A stretch of DNA of 64,000 nucleotides from Blepharisma stoltei ATCC 30299. Taxonomy: Eukaryota; Protista; Ciliophora. Location of the stretch: contig CBFDEM010000020.1 of the NCBI GenBank assembly GCA_965603825.1, forward strand, positions 1-64,000, written 5' to 3'. How positions within the stretch are numbered: position 1 is the first letter of the stretch; each line of letters starts with the position of its first letter. The notes under the pieces were generated by a model that saw only the letters and a list, made by a program, of their open reading frames with translations, searched no databases and had not been told where the DNA came from. The translations under genes were made by a program, and so were the position numbers. Below, one piece after another: positions 47,963 through 59,213 of the stretch.

Positions 47963-49654
47963 ATGTATCTATCAGAAAGTGACTTCACAAAAGAAGAAAT
48001 CATCTACAAAACAAGCTCAGTCGAAGTATTTAAAGCAAGAATGAACCAAACCGGCAGGATAGTTGCAGTTAATAAGCTCAAGATTAATTCAATTGATGAA
48101 ATGAATTCTATACAAAATTGATCTAATACAATGGCATCAATACAGCACCAAAACATTGTAGAGCTCAAGTCATTCTTCATAACTGCATTTGCGTCGACTA
48201 TTGAGCACGCTTTTTTCATCATGGATTATTACCCAAATGGAGATTTATCTAATGAAATCAGTAAAAGAATCAAAGAAAACCGGCCATGAAGTGAGAATGA
48301 CTTGCTTTATCACTTTAAATCACTGATTGATGCTCATTGTTGACTGCAGAGGAAAGAGCTTGCACATAGAAATATAAAGCCAAGAAATATTTTAATTAGT
48401 AATGATGGTGATCTGCACGTTGCAGATTTAAGGTGGGCTTATAAAATGAAAACATTAATATTGGAAGACTCAGAATTCACAATAGCAGGGACTCCTTTAT
48501 ATTTGAGTCCGAAATTGAGAGAAGCGTATGCTAATTTTACAAATGGGCTTGGAAATGGAGTGGCACAGCATGATCCTATTAAGTCTGATGTTTATTCACT
48601 TGGGCTTACGTTTTTATACATGGCCAGCTTAAAAGATTTACCTGACTTAACTGATTTAAGAAATCAGGAATTTAAAGTGAGAGAAAGAATACAGGAAATT
48701 GGCTATAGTGATGTAATAAAAGAAATATTAACGAGAATGCTGATTTTTGATGAAGATAGAAGGCCTGATTTTGTATGACTTTCTAAATATCCTGCTTTTG
48801 TGAGTGTAAGCAAACCTCAGATAATAAATAAACCCGAAAATCAAATAATAAGCCCAATTCAAGCGACTAAAAGATCTCTTGCCGTTAAGGCTAGTGGCAT
48901 TCAGCAGCAACCACCTAGCTCTACAAAATTAAAAGCAAATCAAGGATGAAACTGAAATAGTTTGCTCAAAAATAAGCGTATAAAAATCTGGGTAAAATTC
49001 TCAAAAATAAAAAATTATTTTTTACGCATTTCAGACTCGATTTCTGCTCAAATGCCTCCCAATATCTCAGACTTGATAAATTTTGCTAAATCAACAGGAG
49101 CTGTTATTAAAGTCTCCTCTTTGTCATATAAATGCGTTTTTTGCAATTTCAAAAATAGTGATTCTCAATTTACGTGCATCCATCGTTGGCCATTTCATAA
49201 GCAATGTGTCCCCCAAAATTATATTTATGCTATCGACAGTGGGGATATCAGGCAGTATCTTATTAATTGCTGAGAATGCACCCAAGGGACTGTGTTTTGG
49301 GTTGAAAATCTTAATTATCATGAAATAGTTGATTCAAATGCACTTTCTTTACAAAGCCATACTGCTAATACACCCTCTATCATTCAAAATGGAATGCAAA
49401 ATCAAAATGCTAATAATGCATATGAAGAAGCGAAAGAATCTGAAGAAATTCGACTTATAAATGGAGTATGTCGCAGATGCAGGAACATTCAGAAAAAATT
49501 ACTATATTATCCAAAATGTAAACATACAGTTTGTAAGGAATGTAAAAGTAATAGAAAAGGGCAAAGTGTGTATGAATGTCCCTTCTGCCCATTAGAATAC
49601 GCACCAGAATATAATCCAAAAATTTATGAGTGCTTATACAATATCTATAATTAG
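47963..49654 (+). CDS. Pseudokinase with two C-terminal RING-like Zn fingers (563 aa)
   Basis: One frame through several TGA codons. Kinase fold (HQNIV, GTPLYLSP, KSDVYSLG, RP) but with VAVN, HRN and DLR at the catalytic motifs. Then CVFC..C.H..HKQC..CWEC and CRRC..CKH..CKEC..CPFC. Confidence 0.82.
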
Positions 49655-50089
49655 ATTTGTTTTTTAAGTTTAGCAGAATATGAATTCAATTAATCTTCTC
49701 TGTTAGTCACAGATTTTTGTAGGCTAATTTTTAGGTTAAAAATTTTATTATCAAAATTTAAGATTTTTCATAATTATAGGAGGGGTATTAAAATCTTATT
49801 AAATTACAATTTATTCAATTTTAATTTCTTTTCCTTTATATTCTGTGAATTTTCTTATATTCTGTTCTAATTTCTTCTATTCTGGGGACTGAAAATGCTA
49901 TGATCAGTTATTTTAGCAATTATTGAAATGATCCGCTTATGATCAAGAAATAGAAAAATTTATAGGCTTATGATCTGCCAGTCATGCACATTTAATGCTT
50001 TGTTCCAATTTCATAAAGTCTAATTCTAAAATGCTAAAAATAGATGAAATTTATTTGAATAATATGCTAGAACCTCATATTTATAGTAT

Positions 50090-50740
50090 CTTCTTCGGAT
50101 TGATGAAATAAATTAAGCTTTTGAAAAAAACTGTTTTTTGATACACATATGTGGCTAGCTCATAAAATAATCAGAAAATCGCTTAATTTTGCTATACTTT
50201 ATTATCATATTTCCAAGTTCAATTTCTCTGTTAAATTTAGAGGCAAGTTTTCAGATAAATAAATCTTCCGTCAAATATATTTAAATTCCTATTATTGGAT
50301 CCTCAAATGTACAGATGGTGCAGCTCGTAAAAATGACTTATAGATTTTCGATCCCCAAAGTCTTATATGGCATTTAGTTAATCCTTCAGGCATCCCTCAT
50401 ATGCTCATTCTGGCAACGTTAGGGACAAACATAAATTTTTTGGGTGACTACACTAAAAAAGAAGGACAATATTTCAATGCTATTTTTCAGTTCTCTACAA
50501 CATCTTTATAATGGCAAGAAGTTCCCCAAGCTCAAATTTCAGGCTTAATAAAGGACTGGCCACCCTTCGGTATTTTATAAGGATTCTTTGTTTGCGTTAG
50601 AAGTTATGATATTACTTACAATTTTAATGATTTGATGCAATTTAATCTGCATTATTTAACTCGAAAGGTAATTCAAAGCGAAGTGACTTGGAAGAACAAG
50701 ATTATTTTGTTTGGAGAACGAGATGGGCATGATACACTTT
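50090..50740 (+). pseudogene. Kelch-repeat pseudogene fragment
   Basis: DGAARKNDL*IFDP..WHLV, YFNAIFQFSTTSL*WQEV, FNDLMQFNL and WKNKIILFGERDG, with TAG/TAA stops. It ends where the duplicated block begins. Confidence 0.65.
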
Positions 50741-50896
50741 ATTATAAAAAATTAGATCTTATCCTTTAGTATTTAAAAAAGAAATGTTAATTAAGTTGAA
50801 TTTACATAAAATCAAATTAGAATTAATTGTTTAAAACAAGCTTTGAAGCCGTATTTGTATTAATTTTATTAAGCTTTCAGCCTCATCTATTAGTAT

Positions 50897-51576
50897 TTAA
50901 AATTTCTCTGTGATTTTACTATAATTTTTTCTGATGTTTCAGGCAGCTTCTTCTGATGTATTTCGAAAAACGTCATTTATATTTTCTCCAGTTAACGCAC
51001 TGACTTCCATATATATCGCTGCCCATTTTTCTGCTTTTTCTCTAGCTTCTTCTTCACTAATCTCTCTCATCAAGTCCTTTTTATTCCCTAATAAGGCAAA
51101 AACTGTCTCTTTTGCAGCAAAATTTTTCGCCCTGCTAAATCAATAATCAGCATGTTCAAAGGTTTTCCTATTCGATAAGTCAAATACTATTATAACAATA
51201 TCTTTATTTTCATATAACTTTGCATCCGTTTTATTCATGATCTAATATTCCGATTAAAAATAAGGTATGAAAATTAATTGAATTTTCATGCTTATGCTTC
51301 CTTGATATCCCAAAAAAAATTAAAAATGCATAATCATATATAGTAGACCTATGGAAGCTCGCCAAATCTTTCATATCCACTTGTGTTTCAGACCGTAATT
51401 CTGATAATAAATTCTTTAAAACGCTCAGATCTCATTGTAAAAGAAGGATGTGCACAATTGTAAAAGTCAGATCTGGAAGCTCCTTTATCATATCTATCAA
51501 ATAAACTTGATTTTCCAACAGTATAATCCTCAATTAAAGCAGCTCTTATACTGTAATCGTATTCTAAATCAGCCAT
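50897..51576 (-). pseudogene. Atypical Rab-like GTPase B (pseudogene) with a 128-bp insert
   Basis: Duplicate of gene A with a CAG-to-TAG nonsense change just before the insert, P-loop G-to-E (EDYTVGKS) and G3 D-to-N. Confidence 0.85.
51212..51342. mobile_element. IES-like insert, homologue of 47550-47680 (128 bp plus one TAT direct repeat)
   Basis: Same codon position (79) as in gene A; TAT direct repeats on the minus strand; removal gives VYYENKD. Confidence 0.65.
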
Positions 51577-51638
51577 ATAATGATTAATTTCTTATCTCTT
51601 CTGTCATTATCTTTCAAAAATAAAATTATTGTTATATC

Positions 51639-52187
51639 TTATTTTTTTATTAGTTTATCATAATTTCTTCGAATATTCTGAATTGCTTCTTCTGTATTTA
51701 TTCTAAAAGCTGTATGTATATTTTCTCCAGTTTTAGCACTAGTTTCTACATAAGTCACTGACATCATCCTTGCTTTTTGCCTTGCTTCTGCATCACTCAC
51801 TTCTCTTGGCAAATCATTTTTATTACCAATTAATACAAAAACTGTGCTTTTTTGAGTGTTTTTTTGAGCTTTAGTATGCCATAAATCAACATGATTAAAG
51901 GTTTCTCGACTTGATAAATCAAAGACTAGCATTATAATTTCTTTATCTAGAAAGCCAACCGTTGGGAGATCGTTATATCTCCTAGCTTTGCTTCCATCTC
52001 AGATCATCATCCTTACAAAACAATCATCAAACTGTTCATATTTGTTCATAAAAGAGCTTGGGAATAAATTTCAGTCATCAGGATAGAAAACGTTTTTCTC
52101 AAACCTTGTCATCAAGCTTGATTTACCGACATTGGTGTCTCCAACTATAATTATTCTTAGCAAATAATCATACTCCGAGTCTACCAT
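51639..52187 (-). CDS. Atypical Rab-like GTPase C (182 aa)
   Basis: EYDYLLRIIIVGDTNVGKSSL, IW(TGA)DGSKA, GNKNDL and ETSAKTGEN. No insert and no C-terminal Cys. Confidence 0.88.
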
Positions 52188-52408
52188 TCGAATTATTTAG
52201 TTATTCAGGCCTTACTTATATTTTTAAAAGGAATATTATATATTTTTCCTTTCTCTCTGTAAGCAATTAAAGTTTGTCTGTAAATTGAGTAAGCCAAATT
52301 AACCCCACTCTTAATAAATCTAAAAAAATTATAAGTTTTCTCCAGCCTCCTTCGTTCACAATAAGTTGCTGATAATTATTATAAATTTAAATTCGAGATT
52401 TAACATTT

Positions 52409-52954
52409 TTATTTTACCAATTTGTCATAATTATGTCTGATTCTCCAAACTAAGCTTTCTAAACAACTTCTAAAAGCGTAATTTACCTGATGCCCATATT
52501 TAGCACTAGTTTCGACATATAACATTCCTAGCATTAATGCCTTTTTTCAAGCCTCTTGATATCCGACCTCTCTTTCCAAGTCAGTTTTATTGCCAATTAG
52601 TAAAAAATTTGTATCTTTCGATGCATAATTTTTGGTTTGGGCTACCCAATAATCAATGCTATCAAAAGTGCTTCTTCTAGATAAGTCAAATACTATTATT
52701 ATAATTTCTTTATTTTTATAGCTCATGGGCCAAAAGGTTGCAATTCTTTCTATTCCTTTTCCTTTTCAAATCGTAACTTTCACAGAAAATTCATAAAAAT
52801 GTTCAAATTTTTCCACAAAAGACCGCTCTGGCCAATCTCAGTGATCAGGAAAGAAAACATTGTTCACAAACCTTATGAGTAGGCATGCTTTCCCAACATG
52901 CATATCTCCAATTACAAGGATATTTGCCAAATAATCATACTCCGAGTCTACCAT
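52409..52954 (-). CDS. Atypical Rab-like GTPase D (181 aa)
   Basis: Open with three TGA=W: GDMHVGKA, IWKGKG, VFDLS, GNKTDL and ETSAK. Missing from the ORF track. Confidence 0.85.
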
Positions 52955-53174
52955 TATTTTCTTATAATTCTGCTGAATTATCACTATTCTGTAGAAATGT
53001 CGTTAGCGATAAATATGAATTTAATGAAATAAAAGACAGAATTACTTCCTATTATTTTTCTAAGCTGAAAAATTTTATAAAGAATCTATTTAATAATATT
53101 TTTATATATTTTAGGTCATATCAGCAAAACAAAAATTATTGATAAAATCGTTGAAAAAACACCAAAGCAGCAAT

Positions 53175-53400
53175 TTATGGCTTTGTAGCACTAGGCTCAT
53201 TTTATATCCTGTGACTTGGCCTGGCTTTCAAGTTTTGTCTTCTTTTTATATACACGCAAATCTCTCGATTTGCCATCAAGATATGGCAAAAGTAGCTGGG
53301 CTCTTGTCACACATGGGACAAATGGTATCGGTCGAGCCTGTTCAAAAGAGCTTGCAAGCTAGGTTAGCATTTTAATAAATTGATTTTGATGGAGAAGCTG
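53175..53400 (+). pseudogene. Truncated short-chain dehydrogenase (3-ketoacyl-CoA reductase / 17beta-HSD12-like) relic
   Basis: LDLPSRYGKSSWALVTHGTNGIGRACSKELAS* resembles YG.WAVVTGATDGIG; flanked by stops and frameshifts. Confidence 0.7.
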
Positions 53401-53607
53401 CCAATCAAGTAAAAGGCTTGAAGATTGTGTAACGGGAGCTCTTAAAGTTTTTGGAAGATGAATTGAAACTTTTGGAGTCCAAGATATACTTGGAATGGAT
53501 GGAAAAATAGCTTTATTTCTGATGATACAAGAAGTGAGAGGACTTATGGAAATATTTTATTAAAAAGTAGTTGGAATCTATTTAATACATTTAATAAATC
53601 TATCTTC

Positions 53608-54570
53608 CTACAAGGCCTTAATCTTCGCATTTTTCGTAAAAAATTCAAAAAACAACGACGGGTACTTTTCCATGACTTTTTGATGATCCACAAGTTGAAT
53701 ATTCGGACAAACTCCTTTATTAACTCGATAAAGCACTGCATATTTTAGCTCACCGTTATTCTGGTAGCATCCAAGGATTTTAACAGGCCTATCTTTTTCA
53801 ATATCCCCTCTTTTATATAATTCTCTAATTCTTTTAATTCCTCTAGAATTGTTGATATCCTTTATCGGCTTTTGTTCTTCTGGTCTTTGTGGAGATTTCG
53901 AGCTAAGTATAGCTTTAACAAAAGATTTGGCTATTTTTGGAGGTTCTTCTTTGGCTTCCACACTAGGGGTTTGGAGAGTTTCTGATGTTTGTAATTTTTT
54001 TTGAGAAGGAATTGAGAGCTTAATAGTTTTTTTTGGAGGCTCCTTTTCTTCATCTAGATCAATGACATCAGTAAATGCAGAATTTTTGCTTTCACTTTTC
54101 TGCTTTTTTGAAGGCAAATCTTCTTCACTTTCTATCAACGCTTGAAGTGTGATATTACCGATTGAAGATTTTGGAAGGGTTTCAGGGTCTATAGGAGCTT
54201 GCTGCACAGCTTCTGCCTTCTTTTCAGAAGTAGGCTCAAATGTTTCCAAATTATTGCTTGTTGGGCTCTCTTTTTGGCCACTCTTTGGCTTTTTTTCGTT
54301 TGTTTCTGCGACTTTTACAGCTTGTTTGCTACTTTTATTCGGCTTATTTTTGCTTTCACTTTCTTTTTTCAATATTTCTTGAGACTCTTGGTCAAAGCAT
54401 TCTATAGGGAGTAAAGATGTAGATTTTTTCCCATTGGCCGAATTTAGCCATCTGACTTTGTAAAAGTCTTCTTCAGTGTACTCATTGTACACCTTAGACA
54501 AATACTCAACTTCTTGGTATTCATCTTTTGCAGTAGCCTTTTTGTTTCCCCCTAGTTTATCTTTTGGCAT
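53608..54570 (-). CDS. HP1-like protein (divergent chromodomain, charged hinge, chromo shadow domain)
   Basis: N-terminal EYQEVEYL..FYKVRW..S.LPIECF; C-terminal RG..PVKILG..GELKYAVLY..LV..KYPSLFFEFF. Confidence 0.7.
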   Translation of the reverse strand: MPKDKLGGNKKATAKDEYQEVEYLSKVYNEYTEEDFYKVRWLNSANGKKSTSLLPIECFDQESQEILKKESESKNKPNKSSKQAVKVAETNEKKPKSGQKESPTSNNLETFEPTSEKKAEAVQQAPIDPETLPKSSIGNITLQALIESEEDLPSKKQKSESKNSAFTDVIDLDEEKEPPKKTIKLSIPSQKKLQTSETLQTPSVEAKEEPPKIAKSFVKAILSSKSPQRPEEQKPIKDINNSRGIKRIRELYKRGDIEKDRPVKILGCYQNNGELKYAVLYRVNKGVCPNIQLVDHQKVMEKYPSLFFEFFTKNAKIKAL

Positions 54571-54603
54571 TAATATTTATAAGATTGGATTAAAATAATT
54601 TAT

Positions 54604-56154
54604 TTAGCGCTTCCCCAGCTTGGCTTCAGGGATAGGAGCAGTAGTTTCTATCACCTGCTTCAGTAGCGGCTTATTAAGCGCTCTCTCAATGACATCCATT
54701 CTGGCCAGATCCTTTTCTTTCTTTTCTTTAATTTGCTGCTTCAGCTCGTCTTTATACATCTGAACAAGCTGTTCCCGCTTCATTTTTTCCTCATTTTCCA
54801 TCTGCAGAAAATCATTATACTCTTTTTTCCACACCTGGGCTTGCCTTACCTGGACGTCTTTTTCTCTCTTTTTTTTGGCGTCCTTGATTTTCATCTGTTC
54901 TTCGAGGATTTTTCTCATTTCTTTTTTCTGTTCTTTATCTCTGGCTTTTAGTCTATTTTGTTCATCTTGGTCATAGTCAATGGTATCCATATAATGCTGC
55001 AACAACGCTCTGTCGTCATCTTTATTCATCTGATCTTGCTGCTGCAACACAGCATTTGCGTTGTTGTTTAAAAAAGTCTGGACCCTTTCTTCACGTTTTC
55101 TCAGCTCATCAAGCCTGTCTTGTTCTATTTTTTCTAGCATTGCCTCGTGAGCTTTTTGCAGCTTAATGTCTTCAAGCCTATCTAATTCTTCTCTTTCTCT
55201 TTGTCTCTGTTTAGCTGCCAAGTTTTCTTCAAGCATTTTTTTCCTCTGGTGGGTTTCTTCAATTCTTTTATTTTTAAGGGCTTGTAGCTCTTGTTTATAC
55301 TCCTCTTGAAGCCTTTTTACCATCGCCACATCAGTGTTTTTTTCTTCTTTTTCCCTTTGCCGCCTCATTCTTTTCAGATCTTTCATCTGCTTGTCCCTCA
55401 AAGATTTCTCATAAAGGATTTTCTCCTTCATCAGCCTTGCTTTTTCAGCTTCTTTTTGATCAAAATCATTCAGATTATGTGCTTGGACTTCTATATACTG
55501 CTGCAATTCTTGCCTTTCCTGGGCTTCTTTTTGTTTTTTCTCTTCAATTTGTCGGTCTAGCTCCCTTTTGAGTGACAGTTTCTGCTGTCTTTCTCTTTCT
55601 AGCCTTTTTCTTTCTTCTTCTCTATAGACAGCTTGGTTATACTCCAAAATGACTGCCCATTCGTCTTTATCAGACGGCAAGGCTTCGCTAGAAATTTTTG
55701 AGACTGATGAAACTGTGCTCTTTTGGTCAATTTCTTTGGCGGTGGTCTCTGAAAGTCGAGAAGCCCCTGACATATAGGAGATCGATTTAACTGATTCTGG
55801 GGGTTTGTCTGACATTCGGCCTTGACTTGCACCAGTTCTTACAGATATTCCGGAGATGATGGACTTGCCTTCTTGGCTTTCAATTCGAGAAGCAGAAGGG
55901 GCGATTGAGGAGCCTTGCCCAATGCGCTCGTCGAGCTTTCTTAGGTTTTCTTCTGTAAGTGGAAGAGTGTTGAGGACGTTGTTGACTTCTTTTTCAATAA
56001 AAGACAAACGGCGGCGTTTTCCATACTTTGCGAGGAATTTGGTAATGAGTTGGCCTTTTAAATCTTCTCTTTCTTTGATCATTATCAGTTTTTGGCGATG
56101 CTGGTCGCTCATATAGGAAGAAGTCGCTGATTTTTTGGATCCTGCAATGGACAT
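54604..56154 (-). CDS. Long coiled-coil protein (trichoplein/TPH-like, probably ciliary)
   Basis: 516-aa intact ORF with an E/K/R/Q-rich helix and L..Q(I/M)..K repeats. Confidence 0.75.
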   Translation of the reverse strand: MSIAGSKKSATSSYMSDQHRQKLIMIKEREDLKGQLITKFLAKYGKRRRLSFIEKEVNNVLNTLPLTEENLRKLDERIGQGSSIAPSASRIESQEGKSIISGISVRTGASQGRMSDKPPESVKSISYMSGASRLSETTAKEIDQKSTVSSVSKISSEALPSDKDEWAVILEYNQAVYREEERKRLERERQQKLSLKRELDRQIEEKKQKEAQERQELQQYIEVQAHNLNDFDQKEAEKARLMKEKILYEKSLRDKQMKDLKRMRRQREKEEKNTDVAMVKRLQEEYKQELQALKNKRIEETHQRKKMLEENLAAKQRQREREELDRLEDIKLQKAHEAMLEKIEQDRLDELRKREERVQTFLNNNANAVLQQQDQMNKDDDRALLQHYMDTIDYDQDEQNRLKARDKEQKKEMRKILEEQMKIKDAKKKREKDVQVRQAQVWKKEYNDFLQMENEEKMKREQLVQMYKDELKQQIKEKKEKDLARMDVIERALNKPLLKQVIETTAPIPEAKLGKR

Positions 56155-56322
56155 TTAAATACTAAAAATGGTTGAAACTTCACATGGATTTTAAATTTCT
56201 TTAGGATAGGAAGAAAAAATAAAAAAAAATTAAATATTTTATGAGATGGATTAAAATATTAGAACGATTAGAGTCAAGAATTTTATTTAAATTATTGCTA
56301 AATTAAAGCTTAGTTAATTTTA

Positions 56323-57069
56323 TTAAAATATATAGCATTTTTGGTTGCTTTTCATCTCTTTTGGCTGAGATTTAATTGCAGCAGTTCCAAATAGCTTGAT
56401 TTTGCACTCTTCACATGTACAGCTTTCTATAGCTGGCATGACGATGCTATTCTGATTGATGCTTTTAAGAGTTTTTATATTTTTCGCCAAATTTTCACAT
56501 TTTTGTGCATCTGTCTCTTTTTCATTCTCAGCTTTTTTTAATTCATTTTCCAATTCTAAAGCATACTTATTTCTCTCAAGAATTAGTTTTTCTCTATCTT
56601 CAATAACTTTTTTATAATTCGAAATCGCATATATTAATCTTTCATTCTCTTCCACAACTTCTTCAATTTTTGGTTCAATTTTAGAGCAAGTCTTTTCATG
56701 GTCAAGTTTATTCTCTTTGAATTTTATATTAATCTCACTCTCTCAGATCTTAACCTCTTTAATTTCTTTAGATAATCTTTCATTATCTAAAGATATCTGT
56801 GAAATCGCGCTTTTCAGCTCATTGAGTTTCGGAGCACTTTGGCTGATCAGAAAAAGCCTAGTTTTATTAAACCTGCATTTGTCACACATTCTTGATAAAG
56901 TATCATCAATTCATTTTTTCTTTGCAGAGTGGTCTATGCACACAAAACTTCCACAGTGCCGGCAAGTTTTTCTGATATTATTTATTGAAAACGGTTCTTG
57001 GCATATGTGACAAACTTCTTCATTGGAAAAGGGATTTAAACTTGCTCTTTTTTCTGCGTCTTCATTCAT
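56323..57069 (-). CDS. FYVE-like Zn finger plus coiled coil plus CaaX (248 aa)
   Basis: Extended through two TGA codons: CHICQEPF..RKTCRHCGSFVCIDHS..RMCDKC; C-terminus CYIF. Confidence 0.82.
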
Positions 57070-57255
57070 GGCTAGTTAAAATTATTTTATAATAGATTTC
57101 TTTAAGGACACTCTGAATGATAAATAAATTTTGGAAGACAAAGATGTAAGCTATTAGAAAAATGACAAAATAGATTTGGCATGGAGGGCGTTATAGAGAT
57201 TAAAGCTATGCACTATACCATTTTGAGATTTATATAGACTATTATGTTAAAATTA

Positions 57256-58188
57256 CTAATTTGATGATAATAACTTCTGCTTTGCATTGTCAATCGCTTG
57301 CTTTCTCTTTTTTTCTACCTCAGCTAAAGCTTCTGCTAGTTCTTCTTCCATAACTTTTTTCATCTGATTTTTAATGTCATTTAATAGTGGCGAGTCTCCC
57401 ATTTTTGTCACTTCTCTTAACTCCTCGTTATAATTTTCCATAATTCGGCTTTTTATTTTTGCTTTTTCTTCCACAAAATTTTCCATAATGCTTTCTACTT
57501 CTTGTTCAAACAATTCAAGCGGAGTTTTTTTGCAAAACCCGCCGCTCCTATCACTTTCTTCATTTTCAGGGCTTAATTCTGGTCTAATAGTAAATTCTCC
57601 TATTGTTGATCTCCTATTTAATTTATCAGGTGAAGGCGTCTTACAGTGGCTTTTTCTTTCATGAAGCCTCATATTAAGTGAATCTGCCTGCAATTTTAAA
57701 TTTTCTTTAATTTTGCCTTTAATCATGGTATTTGAGCTGGCATGAGTGATTATCGTTTGTTCAGCGTTTCTTTCAATAGCCACATCTTTGTTTAAATGGA
57801 CATCTGCTTGTTTGACCCTCATTTTTTGTCTTTGTTCAGCTTTTTTCTTAAAGGTTTCGGTGGATAGTGTCGGGGTTGGCGTCACACTTCTGTTTTCTCC
57901 TTGGGGATTTTTAATTACTTGGAGCACATCTTTTCGTGCCAATAAATTTTGCATTCTTTCTTGATAGTGGAGGTATTTTGGGTCTTTTATTGACTCGAAG
58001 AATTCGATTGCCTGGGTGTAGAGCTGCAAAAGTCTTTGAATTGTCTCAATATTGCAGCAGAAATCTAATTCGCCTTCGAGATCTAAAACTTCTTGTGCGA
58101 AACCTGAAGACAATGATGGAGAAGGCTCGATGAAGGAATTGGACTTAACCGATTTCGGTTTATTCTTACGCCCAAACATGATCTGCAT
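57256..58188 (-). CDS. Hypothetical helical protein (310 aa)
   Basis: Intact ORF with coding-like composition; no family recognised. Confidence 0.75.
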   Translation of the reverse strand: MQIMFGRKNKPKSVKSNSFIEPSPSLSSGFAQEVLDLEGELDFCCNIETIQRLLQLYTQAIEFFESIKDPKYLHYQERMQNLLARKDVLQVIKNPQGENRSVTPTPTLSTETFKKKAEQRQKMRVKQADVHLNKDVAIERNAEQTIITHASSNTMIKGKIKENLKLQADSLNMRLHERKSHCKTPSPDKLNRRSTIGEFTIRPELSPENEESDRSGGFCKKTPLELFEQEVESIMENFVEEKAKIKSRIMENYNEELREVTKMGDSPLLNDIKNQMKKVMEEELAEALAEVEKKRKQAIDNAKQKLLSSN

Positions 58189-59213
58189 TTTATTTTTACA
58201 TATTTATATGTCATGAGTTGCATGAGATTTATCATAGACTAGGCTTGGTAAATGGAGATTCAATAAAACATTAGTTTAAAAGGCTACTTGGAATAATAAA
58301 TATTGATATTTAAAATATTAATTATTAATAATATTTAAAAACAAAATCTTTGTGGAGATTTAAATGAGTCACTAAAGTTTTCTAAAAATGATTAAGGAAT
58401 ATTGAAAAAAATATTTAAATAAGAGCAAATTATTTTTTAATTTGATAATTATTAAGACTTTTCTTAGTAGTATTTATCAAATTTTTCAGATGGAATAACT
58501 AAATGTGATATATAATTAATTATTCTAAAAAATTAAATAACTATTTAGCTGCTCTTATAACTCAAAAATCCGATTGTAATTTTAGATTCAAAAAGTTCTT
58601 TAGCTTTATAGTAAATTTGAGGTTTTCCGTGAGAATATTTCTATTAAGACAAAAGAATTTCTAATAGATTTTCTTCTTATAAATCAAGAGAGCTTTGAAA
58701 GTGTTCCTGCTGGATTATGAAGAAATAGAGCCATATTCTTTGTGATTTAAAATTTATAATTTAATTCTACTTCAATCAGAAGTAATGGAACTTTTATATT
58801 ATACAAGAAAATCTTCTCGATTCTAAATGCTATAAAGTTACAAGGTGAGATAAATGAATCATGTGTGAGAATATGTTTATCATTAGATTCCTCAAAAATT
58901 TAATTATCATATAACAGGATAAATTATTTAAACATGTTTAATCCTTATTCGTTATATGGCCATATAATATTAATTTTAATATATTATTAGTTTAATGATT
59001 AAAATCCCTAATTTATTAATTAATCTCATTTTCACCAAAACACTTATATAACAACTGCTAGCTTTCTGACTTATTTAAGATCTCCATCTTTGGAGAGAAT
59101 AATTTAATTTTCAAAGAAATTATCTCTTCCCAAATCGTTATTTATATCAAAAATCATTTAATCTAATTCTTAAAGTATTTATTAGCATTTTCAGGAACAT
59201 CAATTTACTTAAA

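Noticed and set aside
48806-48820. Possible 15-nt intron GTAAGCAAACCTCAG in the pseudokinase
   Set aside because: It lacks the position-10 A, has no stop, and the frame is open without splicing.
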